A stretch of 64,000 nucleotides of DNA. Source: Thermoplasmatota archaeon. Its GTDB lineage: Archaea; Thermoplasmatota; Thermoplasmata; UBA10834. The notes under the pieces were generated by a model that was not told the origin of the DNA, ran no database searches, and saw only the letters and a program-made list of their open reading frames with translations. Location of the stretch: NCBI GenBank assembly GCA_040751795.1, contig JBFMHR010000003.1:32001-96000 (forward strand). The letters run 5' to 3'. Each line of letters opens with the position of its first letter. Positions within the stretch are counted from its first letter, which is position 1. Below, in pieces: positions 44,618-55,113 of the stretch. The translations under genes were made by a program, and so were the position numbers.

Positions 44618-45823
44618 CTAGGCCTGCTCGAAGACCTTCGAGATCCGTTCCATGGCCCAGTCGACCTCGGCCTTGGTTATGACCAGCGGGGGCGCGAACC
44701 TGATGGTCTTCTCGTGGGTGTCCTTCGCGAGGACGCCCTCGGCCATCAGCTTCTCGCAGATCGGCCGGACCGTCTCGCCGGGCCCGAGGTGGAACTCGAC
44801 GCCTATGAGGAGGCCCTTGTACCTGATGGCCTTGATCTTCCTGGTCTTGACCTCCTTCAGCCTCTTGACGAAGTACTCGCCCATCTCCTTCGACCTCGCG
44901 TCGAGCTTCTCGTCGACCAGGACGTCCAGCGAGGTGCTGGCGATGGCGCACGCGAGCGGGTTGCCCCCGAAGGTGCTCCCGTGGGAGCCAGGTGTGAAGA
45001 CGCCCATGAGCTCCTTGGTGGAGACGCACGCCGACACCGGGTAGAGGCCGCCGCCGAGGGCCTTGCCCACGCAGAGAATGTCGGGCTTGATCCCCTCGTG
45101 CTGGAACGCGAACATCCTGCCCGTGCGCGCGAACCCGGTCTGTATCTCGTCGATGATGAGGAGGACCCCGTTCTTGTCGCACACGCGCCTGAGGTCCTTG
45201 AGGTACCCCGGGGACGGGACGTTGATGCCTGCCTCCCCCTGGATCGGCTCGACGAGTATGCCGATGGTGTTCTTGTTGATGGCCGCCTCGAAGGCCTTCA
45301 CGTCGTTGTAGGGGATCGTGACGAAGCCCGGGGCGAACGGCCCGAAGCCCTTCTTCGAGTCGGGGTCGGACGAGAAGCTGATGATGGTGGTCGTCCGGCC
45401 GTGGAAGTTGTTCTCGCACACGATGATCTCCCCCTTGTCCTCGGGTATGCCCTTCTTCGTGTGGCCCCATCTCCTGGCGAGCTTGATGGCTGTCTCCACC
45501 GCCTCGGCCCCTGTGTTCATCGGGAGGGCCATCTCGAGGCCGGCGAGGTCGCAGAGCTTCTTCAGGAACGGGCCCATGCGGTCGTTGGAGAACGCCCTTG
45601 AGGTGAGCGAGACCCTCTTCATCTGTTCGACGGCCGCCTTCACTATCTTCGGGTGGAGGTGGCCCTGGTTGATGGCCGAGTAGGAGCTCAGCATGTCCAT
45701 GTACTTCTTGCCCTCGACATCCCAGACCCAGACGCCCTTCGCCTTCGATACCACGACGGGCAGCGGGTGGTAGTTGTGGGCTCCGTAGCCCCTCTCGAGT
45801 TCGATATAGTCCTTGGCCTTCAT
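44618..45823 (-). CDS. rocD: Ornithine--oxo-acid aminotransferase
   Basis: GAHNYHPLPVV, MNTGAEAVETA, NFHGRT, EPIQGEAG, DEIQTG, GKALGGG, HGSTFGGNP. Confidence 0.96.
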   Translation of the reverse strand: MKAKDYIELERGYGAHNYHPLPVVVSKAKGVWVWDVEGKKYMDMLSSYSAINQGHLHPKIVKAAVEQMKRVSLTSRAFSNDRMGPFLKKLCDLAGLEMALPMNTGAEAVETAIKLARRWGHTKKGIPEDKGEIIVCENNFHGRTTTIISFSSDPDSKKGFGPFAPGFVTIPYNDVKAFEAAINKNTIGILVEPIQGEAGINVPSPGYLKDLRRVCDKNGVLLIIDEIQTGFARTGRMFAFQHEGIKPDILCVGKALGGGLYPVSACVSTKELMGVFTPGSHGSTFGGNPLACAIASTSLDVLVDEKLDARSKEMGEYFVKRLKEVKTRKIKAIRYKGLLIGVEFHLGPGETVRPICEKLMAEGVLAKDTHEKTIRFAPPLVITKAEVDWAMERISKVFEQA

Positions 45824-45926
45824 GCGATCGTCCTCTCGCAGGCCGGCTAGGCCTGCGGCGTCCAGCGGATTGCGTCCCGGTCTTAAAATGATTCCAAGGC
45901 ACACCCGCCGAAGTAGCTGCCCGTGC

Positions 45927-46514
45927 TCAGGGGGCCCTGCGCGCGGGCTCCGCCAGCATCATGACGGAGACGGCCGCCCCCCAGGCCATCGCCGCCAGGA
46001 CGGCGAGCGTCTCCGTGAACGGACCGATGCCCATCCCCAGGAGGACCAGGCCGGAGGCGAACGCGGCGGCCGAGGCTGCCGTGCCCGGACGCCCGAGGGC
46101 GCCGGTCAGGTGGAAGGCGTAGGCGATGGCCCCGAGGGCCGCCAGGAGGGTCAGGAAGAACGCTATCGAGAAGGCGAAGTGCGTGTCGCCGTAGTCCTCG
46201 GTGAATATGCCGACGTTCACCAGGAGGGCCCCCGCGACCGCGAGCAGGGCGCACGCGGCGCGGGACGGGGCCGGCCTGCCGAGCAGCGGGTACAGGCCGA
46301 TGAGGGAGAAGGCGAGGATCAGCGCCCCCGAGATCATGAGCGCCGAGTTGAAGGCCCACGCCGCGGGGCCGACCCCGAGGTCGCTCAGGTAGTCCTCAAG
46401 GAACGTGTAGCCGGGGTCCTGCGTCGCGGCGACCGAGTACAGGACCGAGAACGCCACGACCGCCAGGAGACCGCAGGCGGCGCCCGCCCTGTAAGGGATA
46501 TCTGTGACGCGCAC
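45927..46514 (-). CDS. DUF998 membrane protein
   Basis: PGYTFLEDYLSDLG, FN, VGIFTE..H. Confidence 0.85.
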   Translation of the reverse strand: MRVTDIPYRAGAACGLLAVVAFSVLYSVAATQDPGYTFLEDYLSDLGVGPAAWAFNSALMISGALILAFSLIGLYPLLGRPAPSRAACALLAVAGALLVNVGIFTEDYGDTHFAFSIAFFLTLLAALGAIAYAFHLTGALGRPGTAASAAAFASGLVLLGMGIGPFTETLAVLAAMAWGAAVSVMMLAEPARRAP

Positions 46515-46564
46515 GGTCCCAGGATTGCAGTGCAGAGGTATAACGGTAGCAGCGTGGCGGGCGG

Positions 46565-48355
46565 TCAGAGCCGCGTGTTCCTGGGGACGGTCTTGACCAC
46601 GCCGTAGACGGGCTTCGGCAGCGCCCTCTCCAGCCCGTCATCGGCCATCGCCGGCTTCGGGAAGCTGTACACCTTCGCGGGAGTGGTCTGGACCTCCACG
46701 TGGACCTTGTAGTAGGCCCTGACCATGAGGGTCAGGAGCGACAGGACGTACGCCCCGGCGACCACGAGGGACATCTGCCAGAGGTAGGTCCAAATCGACA
46801 CGATTGCAAGGGCCGACAGGGCTGCGCCGGAGATGGTCCACGAGACCAGGCCCACTATGATGTCCCCGGACTCGGACCGGACGCCGAGGTTGGAGTAGTT
46901 GACGTGCCTGACAACCTCGGAGACCTCCATCCTTACGACGAAGTACACCGCGATGGCCATCACCAGCCCCAGCAGCACCAGGACGACGTGCAGGGGCGAG
47001 TCGACCAGGAGTATCGCCGTCGAGAGGACGACGAACGAGACCAGGAGGGCACCCGTCATCTTGGCCCCCTTGAAGACCTTGAGGGTGGATGGGAGGATGA
47101 CCTTCCCCAGGGTCCTGGATATGACTGCCGCGGAGAACTTGACCGGCCTCGGCACGATCCTCCCCGCGGCGTTCGCCAGCGCGGCCGAGTGCTTCACGAG
47201 GGCGGGTGATATGGCGCTCATCGCGAAGCAGAAGGCTCCCGCGAAGGGGTTGAGGAGGCTCCCCATGGTCGCGCCCTGGACGTTGCTCCCGACGCTCGCG
47301 TAGAGTATCGATTCGACGCCCCTCCCCGACGCGCTCGTGCCAATGGTCATGGACGCCTTCGGCGAGAAGCCGAGGAAGTGCGTCACGGAAGACATCACGA
47401 ACACCTCGTAGAGGATCACGAGCGGGATGGCGATGGCGACCATCCATATGACCTCCGGGAACTTGGCCGGGTCGATCATCATCCCGAAGGAGGTGAAGAA
47501 TATGGCCACGAAAGCGTCCTTGAAGGACTCGAGCTTGGAGCGTATCCGGACGGAGACGTTGGTCTCCGCGAGGATCATCCCTATGAAGAACGCCCCTATG
47601 ATGGGCGGGACGTTCATGACGGCGGCGAAACCCGATGTGAGGAAGACTATGCCCAGCGCGAACAGGATGAACATCTCGTCGTTCTCGATGCTGTTGAAGA
47701 ACGAGACGACCTTCGGGACCGCCCACACCGCTACCCACACGAAGAAGGCGTAGAAGGCGCCCACCCCCAGCAGGAGCTTGCCGTACTCCGACGGGTCCGC
47801 CTCGGGCCTGACGATCATCCCGCTGGCGACGGTCAGTATGAGCATGGCGATGAAGGTCTCGACGACAACGAGGCCGATGAGGAACTCGACCTCCGGGCTC
47901 GACATCCGCTTGAGGTCGAACAGCACCTTCATCGCTATGCTGGTGCTGCTCATCGCTATCACACCCGCGAGGAAGATGGAGTCTATGAGCGGCCAGCCCA
48001 GGAAGGACGCGAACACGAAGCCCACGAAGAGGCCGACGCTCGTGTCTATGACCGCGAGGATTATCGCCGGCGTCCTGGTCTTCTTCAGCTTCGAGAAGGA
48101 GAACTCGAGCCCGACGAAGAACATCAGCATCACGAGGCCGACGAATGACAGCATCTCGATCAGGCTGGTGTCGGTAATGAGGCCGTCGTACTGGTAGCCG
48201 AGGATGTTGAGGCTGATCTTGGGGCCGATGAGTATGCCGATGGCGATGTAGCCGATCATGACGGACTGGTTGGCCCTGCGCGCCATGGTCGCCGCTAGGA
48301 ATGCCAGGAGCATGATGGCGCCCATCTGGAACAGCAGCTGAGCCTCGGTGTCCAT
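46565..48355 (-). CDS. Cation:proton antiporter (CPA2/Kef family)
   Basis: GYIAIGILIGP, MFFVGLEF, SSTSI, GAFFIGM, FVAIFF.SFG. Confidence 0.9.
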   Translation of the reverse strand: MDTEAQLLFQMGAIMLLAFLAATMARRANQSVMIGYIAIGILIGPKISLNILGYQYDGLITDTSLIEMLSFVGLVMLMFFVGLEFSFSKLKKTRTPAIILAVIDTSVGLFVGFVFASFLGWPLIDSIFLAGVIAMSSTSIAMKVLFDLKRMSSPEVEFLIGLVVVETFIAMLILTVASGMIVRPEADPSEYGKLLLGVGAFYAFFVWVAVWAVPKVVSFFNSIENDEMFILFALGIVFLTSGFAAVMNVPPIIGAFFIGMILAETNVSVRIRSKLESFKDAFVAIFFTSFGMMIDPAKFPEVIWMVAIAIPLVILYEVFVMSSVTHFLGFSPKASMTIGTSASGRGVESILYASVGSNVQGATMGSLLNPFAGAFCFAMSAISPALVKHSAALANAAGRIVPRPVKFSAAVISRTLGKVILPSTLKVFKGAKMTGALLVSFVVLSTAILLVDSPLHVVLVLLGLVMAIAVYFVVRMEVSEVVRHVNYSNLGVRSESGDIIVGLVSWTISGAALSALAIVSIWTYLWQMSLVVAGAYVLSLLTLMVRAYYKVHVEVQTTPAKVYSFPKPAMADDGLERALPKPVYGVVKTVPRNTRL

Positions 48356-48513
48356 CTCCGCACGTCCTCGTCGCGTCTTACGCGGGGATGATGCCACCTA
48401 ATTCACGGAGAATCGGTTTGCATCCCATCCGGCTGGTCATCGCCATCGTCCGTACTTATAATTTATCCGGGACGCGGCCGAGCCAGTCTTCCGAACGTCT
48501 AGTAGCTACGCTA

Positions 48514-49569
48514 CTAGCCGACCGAGGGCGGGAACAGCAGGAGCAGGACGATGTAGAGGACGTAGAGCGAGCCCGAGGCCAAGAGGGTCCTGTACTCCAC
48601 CCGCTTCTTGATCTTGACCGAGTAGTAGATCCAGAAGGCGGCCGCGAGGGCTATCACCATGCTGGCGATGTTGATCGGCTCGAGGGACCACTCGGTGAAG
48701 AGGAGGCCGATGCTGACCGGGAAGCTGCTCTGGAACACCATGGCGCCGGTGATGTTCCCCAGCGCGAGGGTGTCCTTCCCCCTGAGGTACCATATGACGC
48801 TGTTGAACTTCTCGGGCAGCTCGGTGGCTATCGGGGCGATCAGGAAGGCAAGGATCATCGGGGCGACTCCGACGGCGGCGGACACCATCTCCACCTCCTC
48901 GACGAAGAACTTCGCACCGATTATGATGCCCATGAGCGAGGCAGCCACCTGGAAGAGGATCATGACCATGCCGAAGTCGCTCTTGGCCGGCGAGATCTTG
49001 AAGAGCCTCCCGGTGTAGAGCGCCGGGCAGGCGCCCTCGCTCATGTCGGAGTCCTCCTTGAGGAGCTGCCAGATGTACACCACGTACATGATCATCAGGA
49101 AGCCCGCCGCGCCGAAGTTGATGAGCGAGCTGTCGAATGAGTCCTGGAGCCCCAGGAGGCCGCAGACCAGGGCGATCATGTACATGCCCATGAAGAACCT
49201 CAGGTCGCGCTCGGCGTGCCCTGACTTCAGCACCAGGCAGCTGTTGCGCTTCCCCTTGCTGCAGGCGTACCATATCGCGACACCGCCCACGAGCATGGCG
49301 AGCGTGCCGAGCATGAACGGCGCGCCGAGTATGGCGCCCTCCCCGATCTCCTCGCCCTCCTCGGCGCTGCCGAGGAATATCGCGATGAGCGGGATGATGG
49401 TCTCGGGCATCGCCGTCCCGACCGCGGCGAGTATGCTCCCCGTGGCGGTCTCGGCCAGGCCGAGCTTGCAGCCCAGCCATTCCACACCGTTCACGAACAC
49501 TTCGCAGCTCAGGAGGATTATCGCCAGGGCCGCGATGAGGATCCCGATTCCCAATATGTCGACCGCCAA
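48514..49569 (-). CDS. Na+/Ca2+ exchanger family protein (YrbG-like)
   Basis: Alpha repeats GTAMPE and ATELPE, ALGNITG. Confidence 0.9.
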   Translation of the reverse strand: MAVDILGIGILIAALAIILLSCEVFVNGVEWLGCKLGLAETATGSILAAVGTAMPETIIPLIAIFLGSAEEGEEIGEGAILGAPFMLGTLAMLVGGVAIWYACSKGKRNSCLVLKSGHAERDLRFFMGMYMIALVCGLLGLQDSFDSSLINFGAAGFLMIMYVVYIWQLLKEDSDMSEGACPALYTGRLFKISPAKSDFGMVMILFQVAASLMGIIIGAKFFVEEVEMVSAAVGVAPMILAFLIAPIATELPEKFNSVIWYLRGKDTLALGNITGAMVFQSSFPVSIGLLFTEWSLEPINIASMVIALAAAFWIYYSVKIKKRVEYRTLLASGSLYVLYIVLLLLFPPSVG

Positions 49570-49686
49570 TGGGACACCCGCGGCGGACTATTGCCATGCG
49601 GTACTTAAACCATTCTGACGGACACCCGCCCGGCCCGGGCCGCCGCCCCCATGGCACCTCCCATAAGTGTTAAGTAAGGACATGGG

Positions 49687-50988
49687 ATGATAGGCTACTG
49701 GATGTTCAGCGTCCTCAAGTCCCGGGGCGTCCGCACCCCATGGCACCTCAGGGTCCTCTACCTCTCGACCTTCCTCCTGAGGACCGCCTTCGGCGCGCTC
49801 CTGCTCCTCATCGCCAGCTACGTGCCCTACGACAACGATTACGAGGCGCTCCTGAACGTCGCCATAATCGCGGTCCCGTACCCCCTCGCCGAGATGGTCA
49901 CGGCCAACTACTTCGGCTTGGTGAGCGACAGGACCGGCAGGAAGGTCATCATAGTCGCGGGGACAGGCCTCGCGGCGGTGGTCGTCGCGCTCTACACCCT
50001 CTCCAACAACGTCTGGTACCTCGCGACCATGCACGGCATCCACGGCATCGGCGCGGCGGCGACGGTCGCCCCCGCCATAGCCATGATCGCCGACCACGCG
50101 GAGAGCTGCGACCGGGGCCGCCAGATGGGGTGGTTCGACTACTCCACGTTCCTGGGCTACATAATCGGGGCCGTCGTGGGCGGCTTCATGATCGACTTCA
50201 CCGGCCCGACGGCGGGGTTCCTCATCGTGGCTGCCCTGCTCGGCGCGTCGGCCGCGATGCTGCAGCTCCTCGTCAAGAAGGAGAAGCCCGTGGTGAAGGC
50301 GGCCGCCATGGAGGGGTTCCAGGCCCTGAAGAAGGTCTTCCGGATCAGGGAGATAAGGCTGATGTTCCCCATCTGGCTCATAATCGCGACCATCCTCGGG
50401 CTGGCGATCACCTACCTCCCCAGGATCATGCTCAGCGAGGATGTGTCGGGGAGCACCATCGGCATAATGTTCGGCGCGGCCGGGGTCGCCCTCGGCCTCC
50501 TGCAGCCGTTCTGGGGCAAGGTCTCTGACATCGTCGGCCGTGTCCCGGTGATGGCCTACGGCGTGTTCAGCATATTCGGGATAGTCGTGATGGTCCTCGG
50601 GTTCTCGGAGTATGCGTTCGAGATGACGGACGAGGGCATCGAGTTCAAGCTCTTAGGGATGATACCGCTGGCCATCCTCGGCCTCGGGGCCGGGGCGTTC
50701 GTCCCCGCGGCGCTCGCGATGATGGCCGACTCGTCGGACGAGGAGTGCTACGGCGCGACCATGGGGCTCTACTCGTTCGCCCTCGGGTTCGGGGCGTTCA
50801 TCGCGGAGAGCCTGGGGCTGGGGATAATAGTCCTGAGCGGGGCGGCGCAGGAGGACGAGATGGCGCCTGTCTGGCTGCTCTACCTCGCCGCCGTGCTCAT
50901 CGGGCTCGCGGTGGTCCTCATGATCTGGTTCTTCCTCGCGAACGTCGTGTCGAAGAGGCTCGCCGCGAGAAGGAAAGTGCAGAGATGA
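49687..50988 (+). CDS. MFS transporter
   Basis: GLVSDRTGRK and GKVSDIVGR motif A; about 12 TM segments. Confidence 0.9.
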   Translation: MIGYWMFSVLKSRGVRTPWHLRVLYLSTFLLRTAFGALLLLIASYVPYDNDYEALLNVAIIAVPYPLAEMVTANYFGLVSDRTGRKVIIVAGTGLAAVVVALYTLSNNVWYLATMHGIHGIGAAATVAPAIAMIADHAESCDRGRQMGWFDYSTFLGYIIGAVVGGFMIDFTGPTAGFLIVAALLGASAAMLQLLVKKEKPVVKAAAMEGFQALKKVFRIREIRLMFPIWLIIATILGLAITYLPRIMLSEDVSGSTIGIMFGAAGVALGLLQPFWGKVSDIVGRVPVMAYGVFSIFGIVVMVLGFSEYAFEMTDEGIEFKLLGMIPLAILGLGAGAFVPAALAMMADSSDEECYGATMGLYSFALGFGAFIAESLGLGIIVLSGAAQEDEMAPVWLLYLAAVLIGLAVVLMIWFFLANVVSKRLAARRKVQR

Positions 50989-52001
50989 TAGAGGTCGACG
51001 GGTCGCACGGCGAGGGCGGAGGGCAGGTCCTCAGGACCGCCGTCTCGCTCTCGGCGGTGCTCCGCGAGCCGGTCCGCATAACCGGGATCAGGTCGGGGAG
51101 GCCGAACCCCGGGCTCGCGGCGCAGCACGTGACAGGGGTCATGGCCGTGGCGGAGCTCTGCGACGCCGAGGTCGACGGGGTCCACGTCGGCTCCAAGGAG
51201 GTCGTGTTCCGGCCGGGCGAACTCACCGGCGGGGAGTTCGAGTTCGACGTCGGGACGGCGGGCAGCACGTCCCTCGTGCTCCAGACCTGCATCCTCCCCG
51301 CGGCGATGTCCAAGGCGCCTGTCCGCATGACCATCATGGGCGGAACAGACACGAAGTGGTCCCCGCCCATCGACTACATGAGGCTCGTGCACCTGCCCAT
51401 CGTCGAGCGGATGGGCGTCCCCTGCGAGATCGATCTGGTGCGCAGGGGTTTCTACCCCGAGGGAGGAGGGGAGGTGACGGCGCTGATCGGACGGTGCGCG
51501 GACCTCAGGGGCATCGAGGTCGCCGAGAAGGGGGACCTCGTCGGGGTGGCCGGCGTCGCCTACGCCCAGAACCTCCCGGAGCATGTGGTCACCAGGCTCA
51601 AGCACTCCGTCCTAAAGGGCCTCGTGGGGCATGCGGAGGCGAAGGTGGAGTCGGACATCCGAACGGGCAGGAGCACCGGCGCAGGGGTGGTGCTCGCCGC
51701 GAGGTACGGCAACACGGTCATCGGGGAGTCGGCCCTCGGCCAGAGGGGTGTCAGGGCCGAGACGCTCGGGGAGGCCTGCGCATCAGGCCTCGTGGAGACC
51801 ATGCTCTCCGGCGCCACGGTGGACGAGCACATGCTCGACCAGCTGGTCCCTTACATTGCCCTGGCCAAGGGCGGTTCGGCCGTGGTCGCGGAGGAGCTGA
51901 CGGGGCACGCCGAGACGAACATCTGGGTCGCGGAGAGGTTCCTGGGAGGCAGGTTCAGAATCGCCAGGCGGGGCGGGCTGGTCGAGGTCAGGGCCGACTA
52001 G
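50985..52001 (+). CDS. rtcA: RNA 3'-terminal phosphate cyclase
   Basis: DGSHGEGGGQVLR, PGLAAQH, TAGS, GGTD, RGFYPEGGG, DQL, TGHAETN. Confidence 0.96.
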   Translation: MIEVDGSHGEGGGQVLRTAVSLSAVLREPVRITGIRSGRPNPGLAAQHVTGVMAVAELCDAEVDGVHVGSKEVVFRPGELTGGEFEFDVGTAGSTSLVLQTCILPAAMSKAPVRMTIMGGTDTKWSPPIDYMRLVHLPIVERMGVPCEIDLVRRGFYPEGGGEVTALIGRCADLRGIEVAEKGDLVGVAGVAYAQNLPEHVVTRLKHSVLKGLVGHAEAKVESDIRTGRSTGAGVVLAARYGNTVIGESALGQRGVRAETLGEACASGLVETMLSGATVDEHMLDQLVPYIALAKGGSAVVAEELTGHAETNIWVAERFLGGRFRIARRGGLVEVRAD

Positions 52002-52768
52002 CCGTACATGTTCGGCCTGGCCGCTGTCTTGTCGCCCTTCTTGACCACGGCCTGCTTCTGTATCTCCCTGATGTGCTCCTCTATGCGCTTGGCCTCCTCG
52101 AAGAGGGGCTTCGCGTCGAACTCGACTCCGAGCAGGATGTCGTCTATGGCCTCCAGCACCAGGGCGGCGGCCTTGGCGTCCGGGAAGTCCGGGTGGGCCT
52201 CGGCCAGCAGGGTCACCACGTCGAAGTCGCGCTTCCGGCCCTCGTTGAGCAGGACGCCCGCCACTCCCGAGATGACGCCCTCCTCGAACTGGCGGATGCC
52301 GTTCTCCTTCAGGAGCTCGCGGGCCCTGGGGGTGCTCGCTATGCCGAACACGACGTTGGATATGTCGGCACTGTCCCGGATCTCCGGGTCCAGGACCAGG
52401 CCCTCCGGGGACACGATCATCCTGCACCTCTGCTCCACCGCCCAGTCGACGAGGACGCGCGATATGGGACGGACGAGGTTCGGGGGCGCCTGGAACTCGG
52501 AGATGAAGGCGACCAGCTGGTCACCGCGGGGGCCCTTGTCGCCGGCGTAGATCCTCACGGGGCTGAGCGGGACCGCGTCGCGGATGAGCGACACCGTCGG
52601 GAACTGAGGGGAGTCCATTATGCCTATGTGCTCCATCTTCAGGACCTTGATGAGGTAGTTCGCGGATATCGAGCTCACGAGGCCCACGCTGGGGAAGCCG
52701 TCGATTATCGTCGCCCCCCGCAGGTCCTTCTTCTTCAGCTCGAATATGCGGATGTCGTTCTCGTCCAT
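51998..52768 (-). CDS. Proteasome assembly chaperone (PAC2) family protein
   Basis: GFPSVGLVSSI, GVISGVAG.LL, PDAKAAA, C-terminal MYG (HbYX). Confidence 0.92.
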   Translation of the reverse strand: MDENDIRIFELKKKDLRGATIIDGFPSVGLVSSISANYLIKVLKMEHIGIMDSPQFPTVSLIRDAVPLSPVRIYAGDKGPRGDQLVAFISEFQAPPNLVRPISRVLVDWAVEQRCRMIVSPEGLVLDPEIRDSADISNVVFGIASTPRARELLKENGIRQFEEGVISGVAGVLLNEGRKRDFDVVTLLAEAHPDFPDAKAAALVLEAIDDILLGVEFDAKPLFEEAKRIEEHIREIQKQAVVKKGDKTAARPNMYG

Positions 52769-52955
52769 CAGCCTGGGAATGAGGCGGAGCACTCATAAAT
52801 GTTCGGTGCACGGGCGGCGACGTGCCCCGCGCGCCCGGGGGACGGGCCAGCGCTTCCCGGGGCCGCCGCGTGCGCTGACCGCCCTTCCTTCCTCCGACAA
52901 GAAATACGGTGCGAAGGGTTATTACGCGGCCGGACGTTCTTCGGGCGGGTAGGGT

Positions 52956-53588
52956 TTGAAGACAATCATCAACTGCGCAATGTCCGCAGACGGCAAGATC
53001 GCGCTCAGGTCGAGGAGGCAGACCACGATCTCCGACGACGAGGACAAGAGGCGCGTCCACAAGCTGAGGAACTCGGTCGACGCGATCCTCGTGGGGGTAG
53101 ACACGGTCATCTCTGACGACCCCAAACTCACGGTCAACGAGAAGTACGTCAGGGGGCCGAAGCACCCGGTCAGGGTCGTCCTCGACTCCGACGGGAGGAC
53201 GCCCGCCGGGGCGCTGGTGCTGAACGGGGCCTCGAGGACCATCATAGTCACGAACGAACACGCCACCGCCACGTTCCCCAACGCCGAGGTCGTCAGGTGC
53301 GGGAAGGACGAGGTCGACCTCGTGCGCCTGATGCCCCTCCTGGAGGCGCAGGGGATCCACAAGCTCCTGGTCGAGGGGGGCTCGAAGGTAATCTGGTCGT
53401 TCCTGAGGACGAGGCTCGCGGACGAGGTCTACATATTCATAGGGAGCATGGTCATAGGAGGGGACGCCTCCCCGACGCCCGCCGGAGGGCAGGGCGCGGC
53501 CGACGAGAAGGACATAGTCCAGCTCAGGCTGAAGGGGGCCGAGGTGCTCGGGAGCGGCGTCCTGGTGAGGTACGAGGTGGTGAAGTGA
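52956..53588 (+). CDS. 2,5-diamino-6-ribosylamino-4(3H)-pyrimidinone 5'-phosphate reductase (archaeal RibD-C)
   Basis: AMSADGKIA, DAILVG..TV..DDPKLT, LLVEGG. Confidence 0.92.
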   Translation: MKTIINCAMSADGKIALRSRRQTTISDDEDKRRVHKLRNSVDAILVGVDTVISDDPKLTVNEKYVRGPKHPVRVVLDSDGRTPAGALVLNGASRTIIVTNEHATATFPNAEVVRCGKDEVDLVRLMPLLEAQGIHKLLVEGGSKVIWSFLRTRLADEVYIFIGSMVIGGDASPTPAGGQGAADEKDIVQLRLKGAEVLGSGVLVRYEVVK

Positions 53589-54049
53589 CCGACGAGTCGG
53601 CCAAGCCCAGGTTCATAGCGGACCACATGCTCGGGTCCCTCGCGAAGTGGCTGCGGATGATCGGGTACGACACGGTCTACGACAAGAAGCTGGACGACCC
53701 GGCCATCGCGGCGACGGCGAGGGCGGAGAACAGGTTCGTCCTCACGAGGGACAAGGAGCTCTCCAAGGAGCCCGGCGCCCTCTTCATCGAGAGCGACGAG
53801 CTCGACGCGCAGCTCTCGGCCGTCAGGGAGAGGTTCGGCCTGGCCTTCGACGAGGCCGCCATACGCTGCACCGCCTGCAACGGCGAGCTGGTAGACATGC
53901 CCAAGGAGGAGGCGAAGGGCTCCGTGCCCGAGGGCGCCTTCGCCGGGAACGACAGGTTCTGGAAGTGCGCCGGCTGCGGCAAGGTGTACTGGCGCGGCTC
54001 CCACTGGCGCGGGATAACCGAGCGGCTGAAGAAGCTCAACCTCGCCTAG
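53585..54049 (+). CDS. Mut7-C RNase domain protein
   Basis: FIADHMLGSLAKWLRMIGYDT, LTRD, RCTACNG, CAGCGKVYWRGSH. Confidence 0.92.
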   Translation: MTDESAKPRFIADHMLGSLAKWLRMIGYDTVYDKKLDDPAIAATARAENRFVLTRDKELSKEPGALFIESDELDAQLSAVRERFGLAFDEAAIRCTACNGELVDMPKEEAKGSVPEGAFAGNDRFWKCAGCGKVYWRGSHWRGITERLKKLNLA

Positions 54050-54983
54050 CCTCTGGCCCGTGCAGGTGCTCGCTGATGATCTTCCCGCTCGAGGAGTTCA
54101 CTATCATGGCCCCGCCCTTCCCCTCGACGCACCAGACGGGGAGGTAGACGAGCCCCTTCGGCTCCACGACCATCGGGTCCTTCTGGGGCCTCTTCCTCTC
54201 TATGATCTCCGAGTGGCCGAAGTCCCTGACCTCCTCGGTGAAGGACCTGTACTCCTTCGCGATGGCCTCCCGCGCGAGCTCGCTGGCCTTCTCCTGCTCG
54301 ACCTTGGGCTCCCTGCGTGTGTGCTGCGCGTCTATGGAGTCGACGAGCTCGAAGCCCCAGCGCCATGTCTCGATCTGGCCCGTGAGGGCGTTGACCGCCA
54401 CTATCCCGGCCCTCTGCTTGCCGTCGTCGATGTTCAGGACGTAGTGGAAGAGGTAGTGCGGGACCAGCTCGAGCTCGTACCTGTAGCCCTGGACCTCGTG
54501 CCTGGCCAGGTACTTCACGTCCTCGAGCGAGAAGTTCGGCCTCACGATCCTCTCCGACCTCTCGACGGCGCTCTCGACTATGATGGGGATCGACTGCTCC
54601 GGGGGCTCTGCGGGCCTCTGGGGGAGCTCGTCCGAGATGACCTCGTCCAGGAGGCTCTTGATGGCGTCCTCCCCGAGGGACCTGAGGTGCATGCTCCCTA
54701 TCTCGTGCTCCACGTCCTCCCGGTCCCAGTAGTATATGCCCCGCTTCTGGAGGAGAGACTGGACGTTGTCGTCGACCTTCCCGATCGAGGCGACGATCTT
54801 CCGGCCGTGGAAGTCCGCCACGTTCCTGACGAAGTCGTCGACGTCCTCGGAGAGCATGTCGCTCGCCGCCATGACGACGACCGAGACGTCCTCCCTCGAG
54901 CCGTACAGGTAGCCGTCCTTCTCGACTACCTCGAAGTCCCTGGACCGCAGGATCTCCGTCAGATGGTCCTTGAGGGTGTTCAC
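54036..54983 (-). CDS. Hypothetical protein; N-terminus resembles a degenerate restriction-endonuclease-like fold
   Basis: 315 aa with GC-rich third codon positions and a GGGGGAG SD; fold assignment is tentative. Confidence 0.7.
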   Translation of the reverse strand: MNTLKDHLTEILRSRDFEVVEKDGYLYGSREDVSVVVMAASDMLSEDVDDFVRNVADFHGRKIVASIGKVDDNVQSLLQKRGIYYWDREDVEHEIGSMHLRSLGEDAIKSLLDEVISDELPQRPAEPPEQSIPIIVESAVERSERIVRPNFSLEDVKYLARHEVQGYRYELELVPHYLFHYVLNIDDGKQRAGIVAVNALTGQIETWRWGFELVDSIDAQHTRREPKVEQEKASELAREAIAKEYRSFTEEVRDFGHSEIIERKRPQKDPMVVEPKGLVYLPVWCVEGKGGAMIVNSSSGKIISEHLHGPEARRG

Positions 54984-55113
54984 CCGCTCCCCCGACCTTG
55001 AACGCGCAGTCCCGATAAAAGGCTATTGAAGCGCCTGGCCCCTACAAAGTTAATTACGCCCCCGGGGCGGTTACGTGCCGTGGCGGCCGCCAGGCCGCCT
55101 GGGAGGGACCGTC

